Virus record (IMG/VR): IMGVR_UViG_3300017727_000002
Direction: 5' to 3' (one strand)
From: a virus
Length of the DNA: 64,000 nt
Shown here: positions 47,644 to 57,589 of the stretch, piece after piece
How the letters are laid out: the number at the start of each line of letters is the position of its first letter
How positions within the stretch are numbered: position 1 is the stretch's first letter
Position numbers and translations under genes: made by a program
The notes under the pieces: generated by a model
What the model was told of the DNA's origin: nothing
The model's input: only the letters and a program-made list of their open reading frames with translations
The model's database searches: none

Positions 47644-48897
47644 ATGGCTGACGCAAAGATTAGTGAACTTCCAGTATTAGCGACCCCAGAGTCCATTGAT
47701 AAATTACTGATTGTTGACACTTCCGAATCTACTACAAAACATATTACATATGGAAATCTAGTATCTGCATTACAGGGTGCGAATGTGACATTGGCATCAC
47801 TAGGAGATGTAAATACTACTGGACTTTCTAATGGTCAGGTTTTAAAATACAACGCATCTGCTGGGGAATGGCAACCTGGATCCGATACAGCTGGTATCTT
47901 ATATACAGATTTATCAGCCATCAATGCTTCAGCATCTGGTACTGGATCTTTGGCATTTAATAATGTCACAGGTGTATTTACTAATACTCCACCTGACTTA
48001 ACAGGATTTATTACAGCGTCTTCTACAGACACACTTACTAATAAGTCTGGAAATATTTCTATGTTCACTAATAATAGTGGATATATCACAGCATCTTCAT
48101 CTGATACTCTTACTAATAAAGCTGGTAATGTTGATATGTTTACCAATAATGCTGGCTACCTAACTGGAACATCTACTGATACTTTAACAAATAAAACTAT
48201 TGATGCTGATGGTACTGGCAACTCTATTTCAAATATTGAAGATGCTAATATAAAAGCATCTGCTGCGATTGACGCAACTAAGATTGCTGATGGAACTGTG
48301 ACTAACACAGAGTTTCAACATATTAATAGTGTGACTGGAAATGTACAAACACAGATAAATGCGAAAGCAGATACTTCTTCGCTGGCAGCATCGGCAACTA
48401 CTGATACAACTAATGCTACTAATATAGCAAGTGGTACTTTAAACAAAGCTAGATTGCCTTCATCTATTGATGCAGATACTACTGGGAATGCTCTAACAGC
48501 AACCACTGCTACAACTGCTACTAACTCAACAAATTTACCATCTACAGCTTTAGGAGATAATCAGTCTTATGCTTTCCTATACTATTTCAATGATTTAGCT
48601 GGTACAACTCCAGACTTTATTAATGTTGGAAATACTGTATCTGGTGACAAACTTTGGTATCATACTGGAACTATAAGCACAAGTGACTTGGGTCCAGGAT
48701 ATACAAGCAATTATTCGCCACCCAATACTGCTTCAGGTTTAAACCCTGGAGACGCAGGTGGTTTGAACAGCTGGGCACAAATAGATTCTACAGGTAATAG
48801 CACTTGGAGAAATATGGGTCCACAGCAAGCAACATCGTACGATCCTGCAGGAGCTGACTGGTACAAAGTGCCAGCATTATTCGTGAGGGTCTCGTAA
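47644..48897 (+). CDS. Tail-fibre-like protein inserted in the replication module
   Basis: MADAKISELP...DKLLIVD N-terminus; LGDVNTTGLSNGQVLKYN; three ITASSxDTLTNK repeats. Confidence 0.7.
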   Translation: MADAKISELPVLATPESIDKLLIVDTSESTTKHITYGNLVSALQGANVTLASLGDVNTTGLSNGQVLKYNASAGEWQPGSDTAGILYTDLSAINASASGTGSLAFNNVTGVFTNTPPDLTGFITASSTDTLTNKSGNISMFTNNSGYITASSSDTLTNKAGNVDMFTNNAGYLTGTSTDTLTNKTIDADGTGNSISNIEDANIKASAAIDATKIADGTVTNTEFQHINSVTGNVQTQINAKADTSSLAASATTDTTNATNIASGTLNKARLPSSIDADTTGNALTATTATTATNSTNLPSTALGDNQSYAFLYYFNDLAGTTPDFINVGNTVSGDKLWYHTGTISTSDLGPGYTSNYSPPNTASGLNPGDAGGLNSWAQIDSTGNSTWRNMGPQQATSYDPAGADWYKVPALFVRVS

Positions 48898-48915
48898 AAT
48901 AATTTATATAAAGGA

Positions 48916-48943
48916 CTTGAAATTTTTGTAATGATACCTATAT
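48916..48943 (+). promoter_or_regulatory. RpoH (sigma32)-type promoter for hsp20: CTTGAA-N15-CCTATAT
   Basis: Matches the proteobacterial RpoH consensus, upstream of a heat-shock gene. Confidence 0.6.
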
Positions 48944-49007
48944 ATAATGTAGAGAGAATGCCATAATGGGTTCTCGTAAATTAAACTCGCTTCATAAGGA
49001 GGAAAAT

Positions 49008-49433
49008 ATGACGCATTATAATCTATGGAGGGACAGCAGACTTGCTCCCTTTTCAATCGGCTTCGACAATTTATTCGATACATTCGATAGAGTCGGAGAA
49101 ATCCACAAACAAGAAACTTATCCACCATACAATATCAAAAGACTCAGCGATGAGAAGTTTGCTATTGAAATGGCTGTGGCTGGGTTTTCTAAAAAAGATA
49201 TTACAGTTGAACATCAGGAGAACACTTTGACTATTAAGTCGGTGCCTTCTGAAGAAACAACTGAAGAAGAATATGTACATAGAGGTATCTCTAAGAGAAA
49301 CTTTGCTCGTACATTTACAGTTGCTGATGATGTTATAGTCAAAGGTGGCACTCTAAAAGATGGAATGCTTTCCGTCGAACTCGAAAGGATTATTCCTGAA
49401 GAGAAGAAACTTAAAGTCATCGACATTAAGTAA
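49008..49433 (+). CDS. hsp20: Small heat-shock protein Hsp20 (start corrected to ATG 49008)
   Basis: YPPYNI, IEMAVAGF, YVHRGISKRNF, DGMLSVELERIIPEEKK; SD AGGAGG. Confidence 0.95.
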   Translation: MTHYNLWRDSRLAPFSIGFDNLFDTFDRVGEIHKQETYPPYNIKRLSDEKFAIEMAVAGFSKKDITVEHQENTLTIKSVPSEETTEEEYVHRGISKRNFARTFTVADDVIVKGGTLKDGMLSVELERIIPEEKKLKVIDIK

Positions 49434-49443
49434 TTAACCAAGA

Positions 49444-49465
49444 CTCCCCAGCCGATGCTGGGGAG
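49444..49465 (+). other. GC-rich stem-loop after hsp20 (no U tract)
   Basis: CTCCCCAGC-CGAT-GCTGGGGAG 9-bp stem. Confidence 0.6.
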
Positions 49466-49490
49466 CACCACTTTAATATGGAGATATATT

Positions 49491-49805
49491 ATGAAAGATG
49501 AAAATATCAAATTGTTTATGATGAACTCAGGTGAGATTATCGTAGCAGAAATAGTCGACTTCGGTGTTGAGCAATATGAATGTAAAGTTCCAAGTATGCT
49601 AGTCACCGATAACCCTAATGACCAAGGAAAATCACAAGTAGGATTAGCACCTTATTGCCCATATGGCGATCCAGCTAATTCTATCATATTTTACAAAACA
49701 GCTATACAGTCTGTTGTAATTCCAACCCAACAATTAAAAGACGAATATAAGAGAATATGGGGAAGTCCTAGTATTATGACTCCCGAAAAAAAATTAATTG
49801 TATAA
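49491..49805 (+). CDS. Conserved Sm-like hypothetical protein (start corrected to ATG 49491)
   Basis: KLFMMNSGEIIVAE...GLAPY...IMTPEKKLIV; usual position between hsp20 and gp43. Confidence 0.65.
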   Translation: MKDENIKLFMMNSGEIIVAEIVDFGVEQYECKVPSMLVTDNPNDQGKSQVGLAPYCPYGDPANSIIFYKTAIQSVVIPTQQLKDEYKRIWGSPSIMTPEKKLIV

Positions 49806-49806
49806 C

Positions 49807-49835
49807 TTTACTTTTAAACAAATCTAGAGTAGAGT
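49807..49835 (+). promoter_or_regulatory. sigma70-type promoter for gp43 (TTTACT-N17-TAGAGT)
   Basis: -10 ends 7 nt before the ATG. Confidence 0.65.
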
Positions 49836-49842
49836 TGTATTA

Positions 49843-52326
49843 ATGAAGTTTTATACAAATGTTCATCCCCATGGTAATCAGCTTCTAGTCAGATATATTT
49901 CTGGCACGAAGCGAAAAGCCGAGAAGATACCTTTCAAACCCAGTGTATGGGTCACAAAAGGTAAAGGCGAAACACCATACAAAACTCTTAAAGGGCATCC
50001 TGCTTATAAAATCCAACAAGGATCTATAAAGGATGCTAAAGACTTTGTACACCGATACAATGATGTTATGGAAGTACATGGTCAAACTCAGTGGCATTAC
50101 CAATATATGCATGATGAGTTTAAGGATGATATTGAATGGGATAAAGAACTTATTAAGATTTGGTCAATAGATATTGAGACTGAAACTGAAGAAGGATTCC
50201 CTAATATTGAACGAGCCAACGAGAAACTTCTACTAATTACTTTACAAGATAATCATTCAAAAGAGATTATTACTTTCGGCACTAAAGAATATACAGGTGA
50301 CGAAAAGCAACATAATAACTGGCGATATGTATATTGTCGTGATGAAAAGATTTTATTTCACAAGTTCCTAGATTACTGGATTGAAAATTATCCTGATGTA
50401 ATTACAGGTTGGAACTCTCAGTTTTTTGACCTCGCATATTTATGGCGAAGAATGTGTCATGTAATTGGCGAAGACCATGCTCGTAGATTGTCTCCTTGGA
50501 AAATTGTACATGAACGAGAGATATTCGTAAAAGGTAATAAAGAGTTCGCCATAGCAATCGCAGGTATTGCTCAACTTGATTATCTTGACCTCTATAAAAA
50601 ATATACTTACACAGCACAAGAATCTTATCGTCTAGATAATATTGCCTTCGTTGAACTTGGTCAAAAGAAACTTGACCATAGTGAGTACGCAACATTCTCA
50701 GAGTTCTATAGAAATGATTGGAATAAATTTGTTGATTATAATGTTATTGATACAGTATTAGTTGACAGGCTAGAAGATAAAATGAAGCTGATTGAACTTC
50801 AGCTTACTATGGCATATAATGCTAAGATTAATTATGATGATGTATTTTCTCAGGTTCGTATGTGGGATATGATTGTTCACAATTATCTGATGAAAGTAAA
50901 TGTGGTAATACCACCGAAATCTAATGAAGATAAAAAGACTAAGTTTGAAGGAGCATTCGTAAAAGAGCCATTGATTGGTTTACATAAATGGGTTGCTTCA
51001 TTTGACTTGAACTCGCTGTATCCCCATTTAATTATGCAATATAATATATCTCCCGAAACTCTACAACCTGAGTCTGTAGAAAAAGGAGTTGAGCATTATC
51101 TTAAAAACCCTGCCATAGATTCGGAGTTTGCTGTTGCTGCCAATGGCTCTCAATATAGAAAAGATTTCAGAGGTGTATTCCCTAGTATTATGGAAGACTT
51201 CTATAATCAAAGGAAGATCGCTAAGAAAGAGATGCTTCAAGCACAGCAATTATATGAGGATGAGAAAGATACTCGTCAGCTAAAAGTTATATCAAGTAAG
51301 AATAATTATCAGATGGGTTTGAAGATTGCTCTTAACTCAGCTTATGGTGCACTTGGTAATCAATACTTCAGATACTTTAATTTAAAAATGGCTGAAGCTA
51401 TTACTACTTCTGGTCAATTATCTATTCGTTGGATACACGATAGAATGAATGAATATCTCAACAAGATAATCGGTACAGAAAACGAAGATTATATTATCGC
51501 TGTTGATACAGATTCTATATATGTGACATTCGAAAAACTTGTAGATAAAGTTATGGGAGATAAACAATCTGACATAAATAAAACCATCAAGTTCCTAGAC
51601 ACTATATGTAATGATAAATTTATGCCATATATAAATGAACAATATTCTGAACTGGCTAATAGGCAAAATGCCTTTGCTAACAAGATGGTTATGGAAAGAG
51701 AAGTTCTAGCTGATAAAGGTTTATGGACTGCGAAAAAAAGGTATGTTCTTTCAGTGTATAATTCTGAAGGTGTGTCCTATAAAAAACCTAAGATGAAAAT
51801 TATGGGACTAGAGATGATTAAATCTTCTACTCCCTATGCTGTTCGTGAACTTCTAAAGGGTGTGATACCAGTTATCCTACATGGCGATAATAATGAACTC
51901 TTCAAATATATTGAAGAGACTAGAAACTATTTCAACTCTTTACCTATTGAAGAGATTTCCTTCCCTAGATCTGTAAATGGTCTCAGCAACTATAAAGATT
52001 CTATGAGCATATATAGGAAAGCAACTCCTATTCATGTCAGAGGTGCTTTACTTTATAATCATTATTTGAAAGAAAAGAACATAGACCTAAGATACAATGA
52101 TATTAAAGAGGGTGAGAAAATTAAATTCGTTTACTTGAAAAAACCTAATGTCATCAGGGAGAATGTTATATCCTTCCTAGATGTTGTTCCTAAAGAGTTC
52201 GGCATACATGATTATGCTGATTATGACTTGATGTTTGAAAAGGTATTCTTAGATCCAGTCGATATCATGATACAATCACTTGGATGGAAAGTAAAGCAAA
52301 CAGCCAGTCTTGAGGATTTCTTTTAA
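49843..52326 (+). CDS. 43: Family B DNA polymerase gp43
   Basis: DIETE exo I, SFDLNSLYPHLI, KIALNSAYG, VDTDS, KKRY; C-terminal SLEDFF clamp-binding peptide. Confidence 0.99.
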   Translation: MKFYTNVHPHGNQLLVRYISGTKRKAEKIPFKPSVWVTKGKGETPYKTLKGHPAYKIQQGSIKDAKDFVHRYNDVMEVHGQTQWHYQYMHDEFKDDIEWDKELIKIWSIDIETETEEGFPNIERANEKLLLITLQDNHSKEIITFGTKEYTGDEKQHNNWRYVYCRDEKILFHKFLDYWIENYPDVITGWNSQFFDLAYLWRRMCHVIGEDHARRLSPWKIVHEREIFVKGNKEFAIAIAGIAQLDYLDLYKKYTYTAQESYRLDNIAFVELGQKKLDHSEYATFSEFYRNDWNKFVDYNVIDTVLVDRLEDKMKLIELQLTMAYNAKINYDDVFSQVRMWDMIVHNYLMKVNVVIPPKSNEDKKTKFEGAFVKEPLIGLHKWVASFDLNSLYPHLIMQYNISPETLQPESVEKGVEHYLKNPAIDSEFAVAANGSQYRKDFRGVFPSIMEDFYNQRKIAKKEMLQAQQLYEDEKDTRQLKVISSKNNYQMGLKIALNSAYGALGNQYFRYFNLKMAEAITTSGQLSIRWIHDRMNEYLNKIIGTENEDYIIAVDTDSIYVTFEKLVDKVMGDKQSDINKTIKFLDTICNDKFMPYINEQYSELANRQNAFANKMVMEREVLADKGLWTAKKRYVLSVYNSEGVSYKKPKMKIMGLEMIKSSTPYAVRELLKGVIPVILHGDNNELFKYIEETRNYFNSLPIEEISFPRSVNGLSNYKDSMSIYRKATPIHVRGALLYNHYLKEKNIDLRYNDIKEGEKIKFVYLKKPNVIRENVISFLDVVPKEFGIHDYADYDLMFEKVFLDPVDIMIQSLGWKVKQTASLEDFF

Positions 52327-52346
52327 ATTCAAAGACTTAGCAGAGG

Positions 52347-52375
52347 TTTACTTTTAAGTTTTTTAAGAGTAGAAT
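52347..52375 (+). promoter_or_regulatory. sigma70-type promoter (TTTACT-N17-TAGAAT)
   Basis: Consensus match. Confidence 0.65.
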
Positions 52376-52382
52376 GATGATA

Positions 52383-52682
52383 ATGAATAAAGTAATAGCT
52401 ATATTGATGATGCTTGGAGTCACTATGTGTTCTCCTCCAGCCTATACTGCACCTTTGACTAAGGTTGTAGCATATGGTCCAAACTGTACTACAGAGACGA
52501 CTCAGGTTGTCCAAAATGGTATTATAGTTAAGGAGATAACTACTAGAACATGTAAGGAAGAAACTAAGCAGGGAAAACAAAAGTTTGACCCAGATGCTAA
52601 CGCAACTGATGCCCTATTATATGAGGGTGCTCAGTTATTAATGTATTCTGTATTCGTGAAGCTAATTACGGAAATGAACTAG
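52383..52682 (+). CDS. Exported hypothetical protein
   Basis: MNKVIAILMMLGVTMCSPPAYT signal peptide; two Cys in the mature part; ATG 52383 preferred because 52374 overlaps the -10 box. Confidence 0.55.
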   Translation: MNKVIAILMMLGVTMCSPPAYTAPLTKVVAYGPNCTTETTQVVQNGIIVKEITTRTCKEETKQGKQKFDPDANATDALLYEGAQLLMYSVFVKLITEMN

Positions 52683-52696
52683 GAGATAACTATATT

Positions 52697-52816
52697 ATGA
52701 AATATATTATTGGAGTTGCTATCGGGATTGGGATTACTTACTTCTATCCTGAAATGGCAAATAACATAATTGAAATCGTGAAGGAGGTTTATAATGTCAT
52801 CATTTCAAAATTTTAA
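52697..52816 (+). CDS. Small membrane peptide (39 aa)
   Basis: SD AGGAG; MKYIIGVAIGIGITYFYPEMANNII... Confidence 0.45.
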   Translation: MKYIIGVAIGIGITYFYPEMANNIIEIVKEVYNVIISKF

Positions 52817-53357
52817 AATCTTACTAATCTCAGGTATGCTGGTATTTTTGGCAGCATGTTCTACTACTAAGATTGCCACTGAAGCAAATCGTGATGGTGT
52901 TCTTAATAAAGTGCCGACTTGGTACTTAGACGCAGAAGTAGAAAAAGGATTAATTAGAAACAGGGATGCCGAAGAATTTATTTATGGTGTCGGCTCTTCA
53001 GTTTCTTACGATCTTCAGTTTGCTCTTGATAAAGCTACTACTATCGCAAAGTCGGATTTAGCTGACCAAGTGAATGGCAGGATTACTCAAAATGAGAGTA
53101 TATATAAAGAAGAAGGATCTGGTGAAGGTGAAGACTTAATGGTTGAAAGATCTACAAGTCAAACTAACAACATAATCACTCCTACTTCTCTTCCTGGATA
53201 TGAAGAGTGGAACAAAGATGTATTCATTACAGCTGATGGGTTGTATCGAGTATATGTCGGATTGAAATGGTCTGAAACAAATAATAGGTTGGCACCTAAC
53301 ATTAAGATGCAAAAGTTAGAGCCAGTAGAATCTAAACCTATTGACGCATCTATTTAA
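52794..53357 (+). CDS. Lipoprotein (LPP20-like)
   Basis: Lipobox LAAC; VPTWY...GVGSSVS.DLQFALDKA...AKSDLA pattern. Confidence 0.7.
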   Translation: MSSFQNFKILLISGMLVFLAACSTTKIATEANRDGVLNKVPTWYLDAEVEKGLIRNRDAEEFIYGVGSSVSYDLQFALDKATTIAKSDLADQVNGRITQNESIYKEEGSGEGEDLMVERSTSQTNNIITPTSLPGYEEWNKDVFITADGLYRVYVGLKWSETNNRLAPNIKMQKLEPVESKPIDASI

Positions 53358-53374
53358 CTAAAGGAGAAAATTAT

Positions 53375-54418
53375 ATGGTTGGGTATTTAAACGACCTTAT
53401 AGATAATCTCGATAACGAGTACGCAGGACTTGCGGAAAATGCTCTAGACTCTGATGTCGGTTTTGTTGACACAGGGTCTTACGCATTTAATGCTTTATTG
53501 AGTGGTTCTATTTATGGTGGACTTCCAGGAAACAAGGTGACTGCCCTTGCTGGTGAGAGTTCTACAGGTAAAACTTTTTTCGCTCTAGGAGTTGCTAAAA
53601 ACTTCCTAGACATGGATAAAGAAGCAGGTGTTATATATTTTGAAACAGAGGGTGCACTTACTAAGCAAATCCTTGAAGATAGAGATATTGACACAAACAG
53701 ATTTGTTATTGTACCAGTGACAACTATTCAAGAGTTTCGTACTCAAGCTGTGCGTATTCTTGAAAATCATAAAACTGTACCTGAACAGGCAAGGAAACCT
53801 ATCCTATTTTGTTTAGACTCTTTGGGTATGCTCTCTACAAATAAAGAAGTAGCAGATGTAGCAGAGGGTAAGGATACTCGTGATATGACGAGAGCACAAT
53901 TAGTTAGAGGTGCTTTCAGAGTATTGAGTCTAAAACTCGCACAGCTTGATGTACCAATGATTGTGACCAATCATACTTTCGATGTTATAGGATCTTATGT
54001 ACCTATGAAAGACATGGGTGGTGGAGGTGGCTTAAAATATGCTGCATCTACAATCGTGTTCTTGGGTAAAAGTAAAGATCGTGATGGTACAGAAATCGTG
54101 GGCAATATTATTAAAGCAACTACTCAGAAGTCTAGATTTACTAAGGAGCAAATGAAAGTTGAATGTAAACTTAATTTTGAAACAGGTTTATCTAGATATC
54201 ATGGACTTACCGACCTTGCTGTTGAAGCAGGTATCTGGGAAAGTGCTGGTGGTCGTATTACTGTAGATGGTAAAAAAGTATTTGGTAAAGTTATTATGAA
54301 AGAGCCAGAAAAGTTTTTTACTGAAGAAGTATTAAAACAGATTGACGAACACTGTAAATCTAAATTTATGTATGGGACTGAAAGTGAGCAAGAAACCGAA
54401 GATAATACAGGGGAATAA
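53375..54418 (+). CDS. uvsX: Recombinase UvsX (RecA-like)
   Basis: AGESSTGKT, YFETEG, LDSLG, DMTRAQ, GGGGLKY. Confidence 0.97.
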   Translation: MVGYLNDLIDNLDNEYAGLAENALDSDVGFVDTGSYAFNALLSGSIYGGLPGNKVTALAGESSTGKTFFALGVAKNFLDMDKEAGVIYFETEGALTKQILEDRDIDTNRFVIVPVTTIQEFRTQAVRILENHKTVPEQARKPILFCLDSLGMLSTNKEVADVAEGKDTRDMTRAQLVRGAFRVLSLKLAQLDVPMIVTNHTFDVIGSYVPMKDMGGGGGLKYAASTIVFLGKSKDRDGTEIVGNIIKATTQKSRFTKEQMKVECKLNFETGLSRYHGLTDLAVEAGIWESAGGRITVDGKKVFGKVIMKEPEKFFTEEVLKQIDEHCKSKFMYGTESEQETEDNTGE

Positions 54419-54863
54419 TCCTAAAGAGTACCAACCAATCCACTCTGCTAATGATTATGTATCTGAAGAAGATTACTTAAAAGCAAAAGAGGAATGGGAA
54501 AAGGAAAACTATCATACTGACAAGTTGAGAGATACAGGTCAGCAACAACTTCCACATACAGTATTAGAAGAAACCAACGAACAAGGTTTCATGAAACTTA
54601 AAGTCAATCAAGGCATCCTAGAAGATAAAATAGTTTCCTTTGGTAAAGTTTCTTTTCAACCCACTGAAGATGGTACTATTAAACTTGACTATAATTATGA
54701 GATAGATGGTCCAGATAAATATAGACCAGTACCAAAGGTTGAAGTTGAGAAAATACTTGGCGACTTCCTAATGGCTATGATAAAAGAACAAATGGCTGAA
54801 AAAGCAGTTCTTTTTAGAGGTGGCGAGGATGAAATGAAGGAAGCATTAGGAGAAGATGCCTAG
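54384..54863 (+). CDS. Hypothetical protein at the gp40 position (head vertex assembly chaperone-like)
   Basis: Between uvsX and gp41 as in T4; SFGKVSF...IKLDYNYEI; GTG start at 54384 is tentative. Confidence 0.45.
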   Translation: MSKKPKIIQGNNPKEYQPIHSANDYVSEEDYLKAKEEWEKENYHTDKLRDTGQQQLPHTVLEETNEQGFMKLKVNQGILEDKIVSFGKVSFQPTEDGTIKLDYNYEIDGPDKYRPVPKVEVEKILGDFLMAMIKEQMAEKAVLFRGGEDEMKEALGEDA

Positions 54864-54864
54864 T

Positions 54865-54893
54865 TTGACATTTAACTTTTTTACAGGTAGAAT
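54865..54893 (+). promoter_or_regulatory. sigma70-type promoter for gp41 (TTGACA-N17-TAGAAT)
   Basis: Perfect -35; -10 ends 6 nt before the ATG. Confidence 0.75.
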
Positions 54894-54899
54894 CTAACT

Positions 54900-56291
54900 A
54901 TGCGTATTGAAGACACTATATTAAATAATCTTATTCATAATGATGAGTACTGCCGAAAAGTAGTACCATTTATTAAAGCTGAATATTTCCAAGATAGAAC
55001 TGAAAAGATAATATTTGAAGAGTTTGATAAACTGTTCTTACAGTACAACAACATTCCTAATCCTGATATGATTGCTTCTGAAGTTTTTGAACGAAAAGAT
55101 TTATTTGAAAACGAGCATGCTCTTATTCAGGAAAAAATACAGCAGATGTCTGAGCCAAAATCTATTAATGATAATTGGCTATATGATAAAACTGAGGAAT
55201 GGTGTAAAGAACGAGCAGTACATAATACTATTATGGACTCTATCAAAATTATCGATGGTCGTGATAAAGTACATACCAAAGATGCGATTCCTAAAATGAT
55301 GCAGGATGCTTTGGGTGTTTGCTTTGATGACTCTGTCGGTCATGATTATCTTGAAGATGCTGATGATAGATTTCAATTTTATCATAAGATTGAAGAAAAA
55401 ATTAAATTTGATATTGATTTATTGAATACTATTACTCGTGGTGGTTTGAGTAAAAAAACTCTTAACATCGCCATGGCTGGTACTGGTGTTGGTAAATCTT
55501 TGTTTATGTGTCATCATGCATCTAGTGTATTGAACGAGGGTATGAATGTTCTTTATGTCACTATGGAGATGGCTGAAGAAAAGATATCTGAAAGGATTGA
55601 CGCAAACTTATTGAACTTGGGTATGGATGAAATTAAAGTTGTTGACCATGATATATTCAGTAAGAGAATTAATAAAGTAAAAGAAAACAGTAAAGGTAAA
55701 CTGATTGTAAAAGAATATCCTACAGGTGCTGCTCATGCAGGTCACTTCAGAGCATTACTTGAAGAACTTAAAATGAAAAAAGGTTTCAAAGCAGATATTA
55801 TATTTATCGATTATCTAAATATCTGTGCTTCGCAAAGACTAAGGATGGGTGCCAATGTAAATACTTATTCTTATATCAAATCTATTGCTGAAGAACTAAG
55901 AGGTCTGGCAGTTGAATATAACTGTCCTATCGTATCAGCTACTCAAACTACAAGAGGTGGATATAATAATACTGATGTTGGTCTTGAAGATACTTCGGAG
56001 TCTTTCGGTTTACCAGCTACTGCCGATCTAATGTTTGCGATTATTGCTAGTGAAGAACTGGATAATATGGGACAATGGATGATTAAACAACTTAAAAACA
56101 GATATTCAGATCCTAACTATTATAAGAGATTTGTAGTTGGGGTTGATAAAAACAAGATGAGATTGTACAATGTTGAAGAATCTGCCCAAAGTAATATAAT
56201 GGATAGTGGGCAGGAAGAAAAAGATATCGGAGCAGTATTTGATAAAACCGATGCAGGTGAACGATTAAGTATGGAAGGATTTAAGGTATGA
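54900..56291 (+). CDS. 41: Replicative helicase gp41
   Basis: AGTGVGKS, TMEMAEEKI, IDYLNI, SATQTTR, QLKNRY. Confidence 0.97.
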   Translation: MRIEDTILNNLIHNDEYCRKVVPFIKAEYFQDRTEKIIFEEFDKLFLQYNNIPNPDMIASEVFERKDLFENEHALIQEKIQQMSEPKSINDNWLYDKTEEWCKERAVHNTIMDSIKIIDGRDKVHTKDAIPKMMQDALGVCFDDSVGHDYLEDADDRFQFYHKIEEKIKFDIDLLNTITRGGLSKKTLNIAMAGTGVGKSLFMCHHASSVLNEGMNVLYVTMEMAEEKISERIDANLLNLGMDEIKVVDHDIFSKRINKVKENSKGKLIVKEYPTGAAHAGHFRALLEELKMKKGFKADIIFIDYLNICASQRLRMGANVNTYSYIKSIAEELRGLAVEYNCPIVSATQTTRGGYNNTDVGLEDTSESFGLPATADLMFAIIASEELDNMGQWMIKQLKNRYSDPNYYKRFVVGVDKNKMRLYNVEESAQSNIMDSGQEEKDIGAVFDKTDAGERLSMEGFKV

Positions 56292-57589
56292 CAAAAACAA
56301 TAACAGCACCTAAGAAATTTGACTGTGAAAATATATTGGGTAGATTTGGTGACGAAAGTCATTATGAGTTGTTAGTTGATTATGATTGTGATTTTTATGC
56401 TCCTACACCTATGGGTGAGGAAAACTCTGAAGAAAATATTATATTCAAGTTTAGAAAGAACTTCTTTTCTCAAGAACAACAAGACGAAGCATATAAAGGA
56501 CTTCGTGAAGCAGCAGGTGCCACTGAAAATCGTGGACTCGCAGCAGGTATAGAAAAAACCAAATCGCTTGGCTCTAGAGATTGGGTCACTAATTACCATG
56601 AAGAATTATTGGCATATTTTCAAAACCCATCTACAACACTAGATGGTTCTGACCCAGTAGAAAATATTAAAGCTAAGTGGAAAGGTAGAGAGAATATTGC
56701 TGATGACAGTAGAGGTAATGTATGGTTGGCTCTTAAAGTTGCTGAGGAAGCATTTGAGTTTGAAGCATGGGTTGAAGAGATAAGGTTATTACCCAAAGAT
56801 GAAATGGTAGCTGAAGCGAATAGAGTTAGAGATAAACTTACATCTACAACTTCTTATGCTAATCAGGTTTTCTCAGGTATCGCAGGTTATTTTGACAGAT
56901 ATCCTCGTATTCCTTTTGGTCGTCCTACAACTTACACTCGTGATAATTATGATAAGTTTGAGATGGCACTTCCTTTCTTACAACAACTTAGTAAAGGATT
57001 TGAAGATCTATTACCTGTCAGATATGGTAAGCAGAATGAAGCATGTGGTAAATTAGATTCTAAGTTTATTATTCCAGGAACTGTATTTACTACTGCTACT
57101 GTAAACAAAACTTTTAGAACAGCTTACCATAGAGATGCTGGTGATTTGAATGAAGGTTTTTCTAATCTTACTGTTGTATCTAATAATGGTAAATACTCAG
57201 GTGGTCATTTAATACTTCCTGAATATAAGGTTGCTGTAAACATTCGTCCTGGAGATTTATTACTAATTAATAATCATGACGGAATACATGGTAATACACC
57301 TATGGTTATGGAATCTGATGATGCTGAAAGAATATCATTCGTGTGTTATTTTAGGGAAAAAATGTTAGAACTTGGATCTTGGGATTATGAAAGGGCAAGG
57401 GAAGATTATGTCACTGCTCGTAGAACTAATAAAGAACACCCTTTACAAAGAAAATTATGGAATGGTATCAGTCCTGGAATGTGGGATGAAAGTGAGTGGT
57501 ACGATTTCTTAGAAAATAAATTAGGTATAGATGTATTGACTAAGTATCATCCCGACAGTCAGTCATCAAGTTTGGAGGAATTTTTCTAA
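56288..57589 (+). CDS. TET/JBP-family 2OG-Fe(II) dioxygenase (DNA base hydroxylase)
   Basis: FTTATVNKTFRTAYHRDAGD (HxD), HGNT (distal His), ERISFVCYFRE (2OG-binding Arg); ends SSLEEFF. Confidence 0.8.
   Translation: MTKTITAPKKFDCENILGRFGDESHYELLVDYDCDFYAPTPMGEENSEENIIFKFRKNFFSQEQQDEAYKGLREAAGATENRGLAAGIEKTKSLGSRDWVTNYHEELLAYFQNPSTTLDGSDPVENIKAKWKGRENIADDSRGNVWLALKVAEEAFEFEAWVEEIRLLPKDEMVAEANRVRDKLTSTTSYANQVFSGIAGYFDRYPRIPFGRPTTYTRDNYDKFEMALPFLQQLSKGFEDLLPVRYGKQNEACGKLDSKFIIPGTVFTTATVNKTFRTAYHRDAGDLNEGFSNLTVVSNNGKYSGGHLILPEYKVAVNIRPGDLLLINNHDGIHGNTPMVMESDDAERISFVCYFREKMLELGSWDYERAREDYVTARRTNKEHPLQRKLWNGISPGMWDESEWYDFLENKLGIDVLTKYHPDSQSSSLEEFF

Noticed and set aside
19623-56291. Inteins, introns or homing endonucleases in gp17, gp46, gp43, uvsX or gp41
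   Set aside because: All have normal lengths and uninterrupted motifs; no LAGLIDADG, GIY-YIG or HNH ORF was recognised.
7498-57056. Short + strand out-of-frame ORFs inside larger genes (7498, 9682, 36864, 38833, 49042, 55072, 56856 and others)
   Set aside because: Fully nested in conserved genes, with no initiation signals or recognisable motifs.
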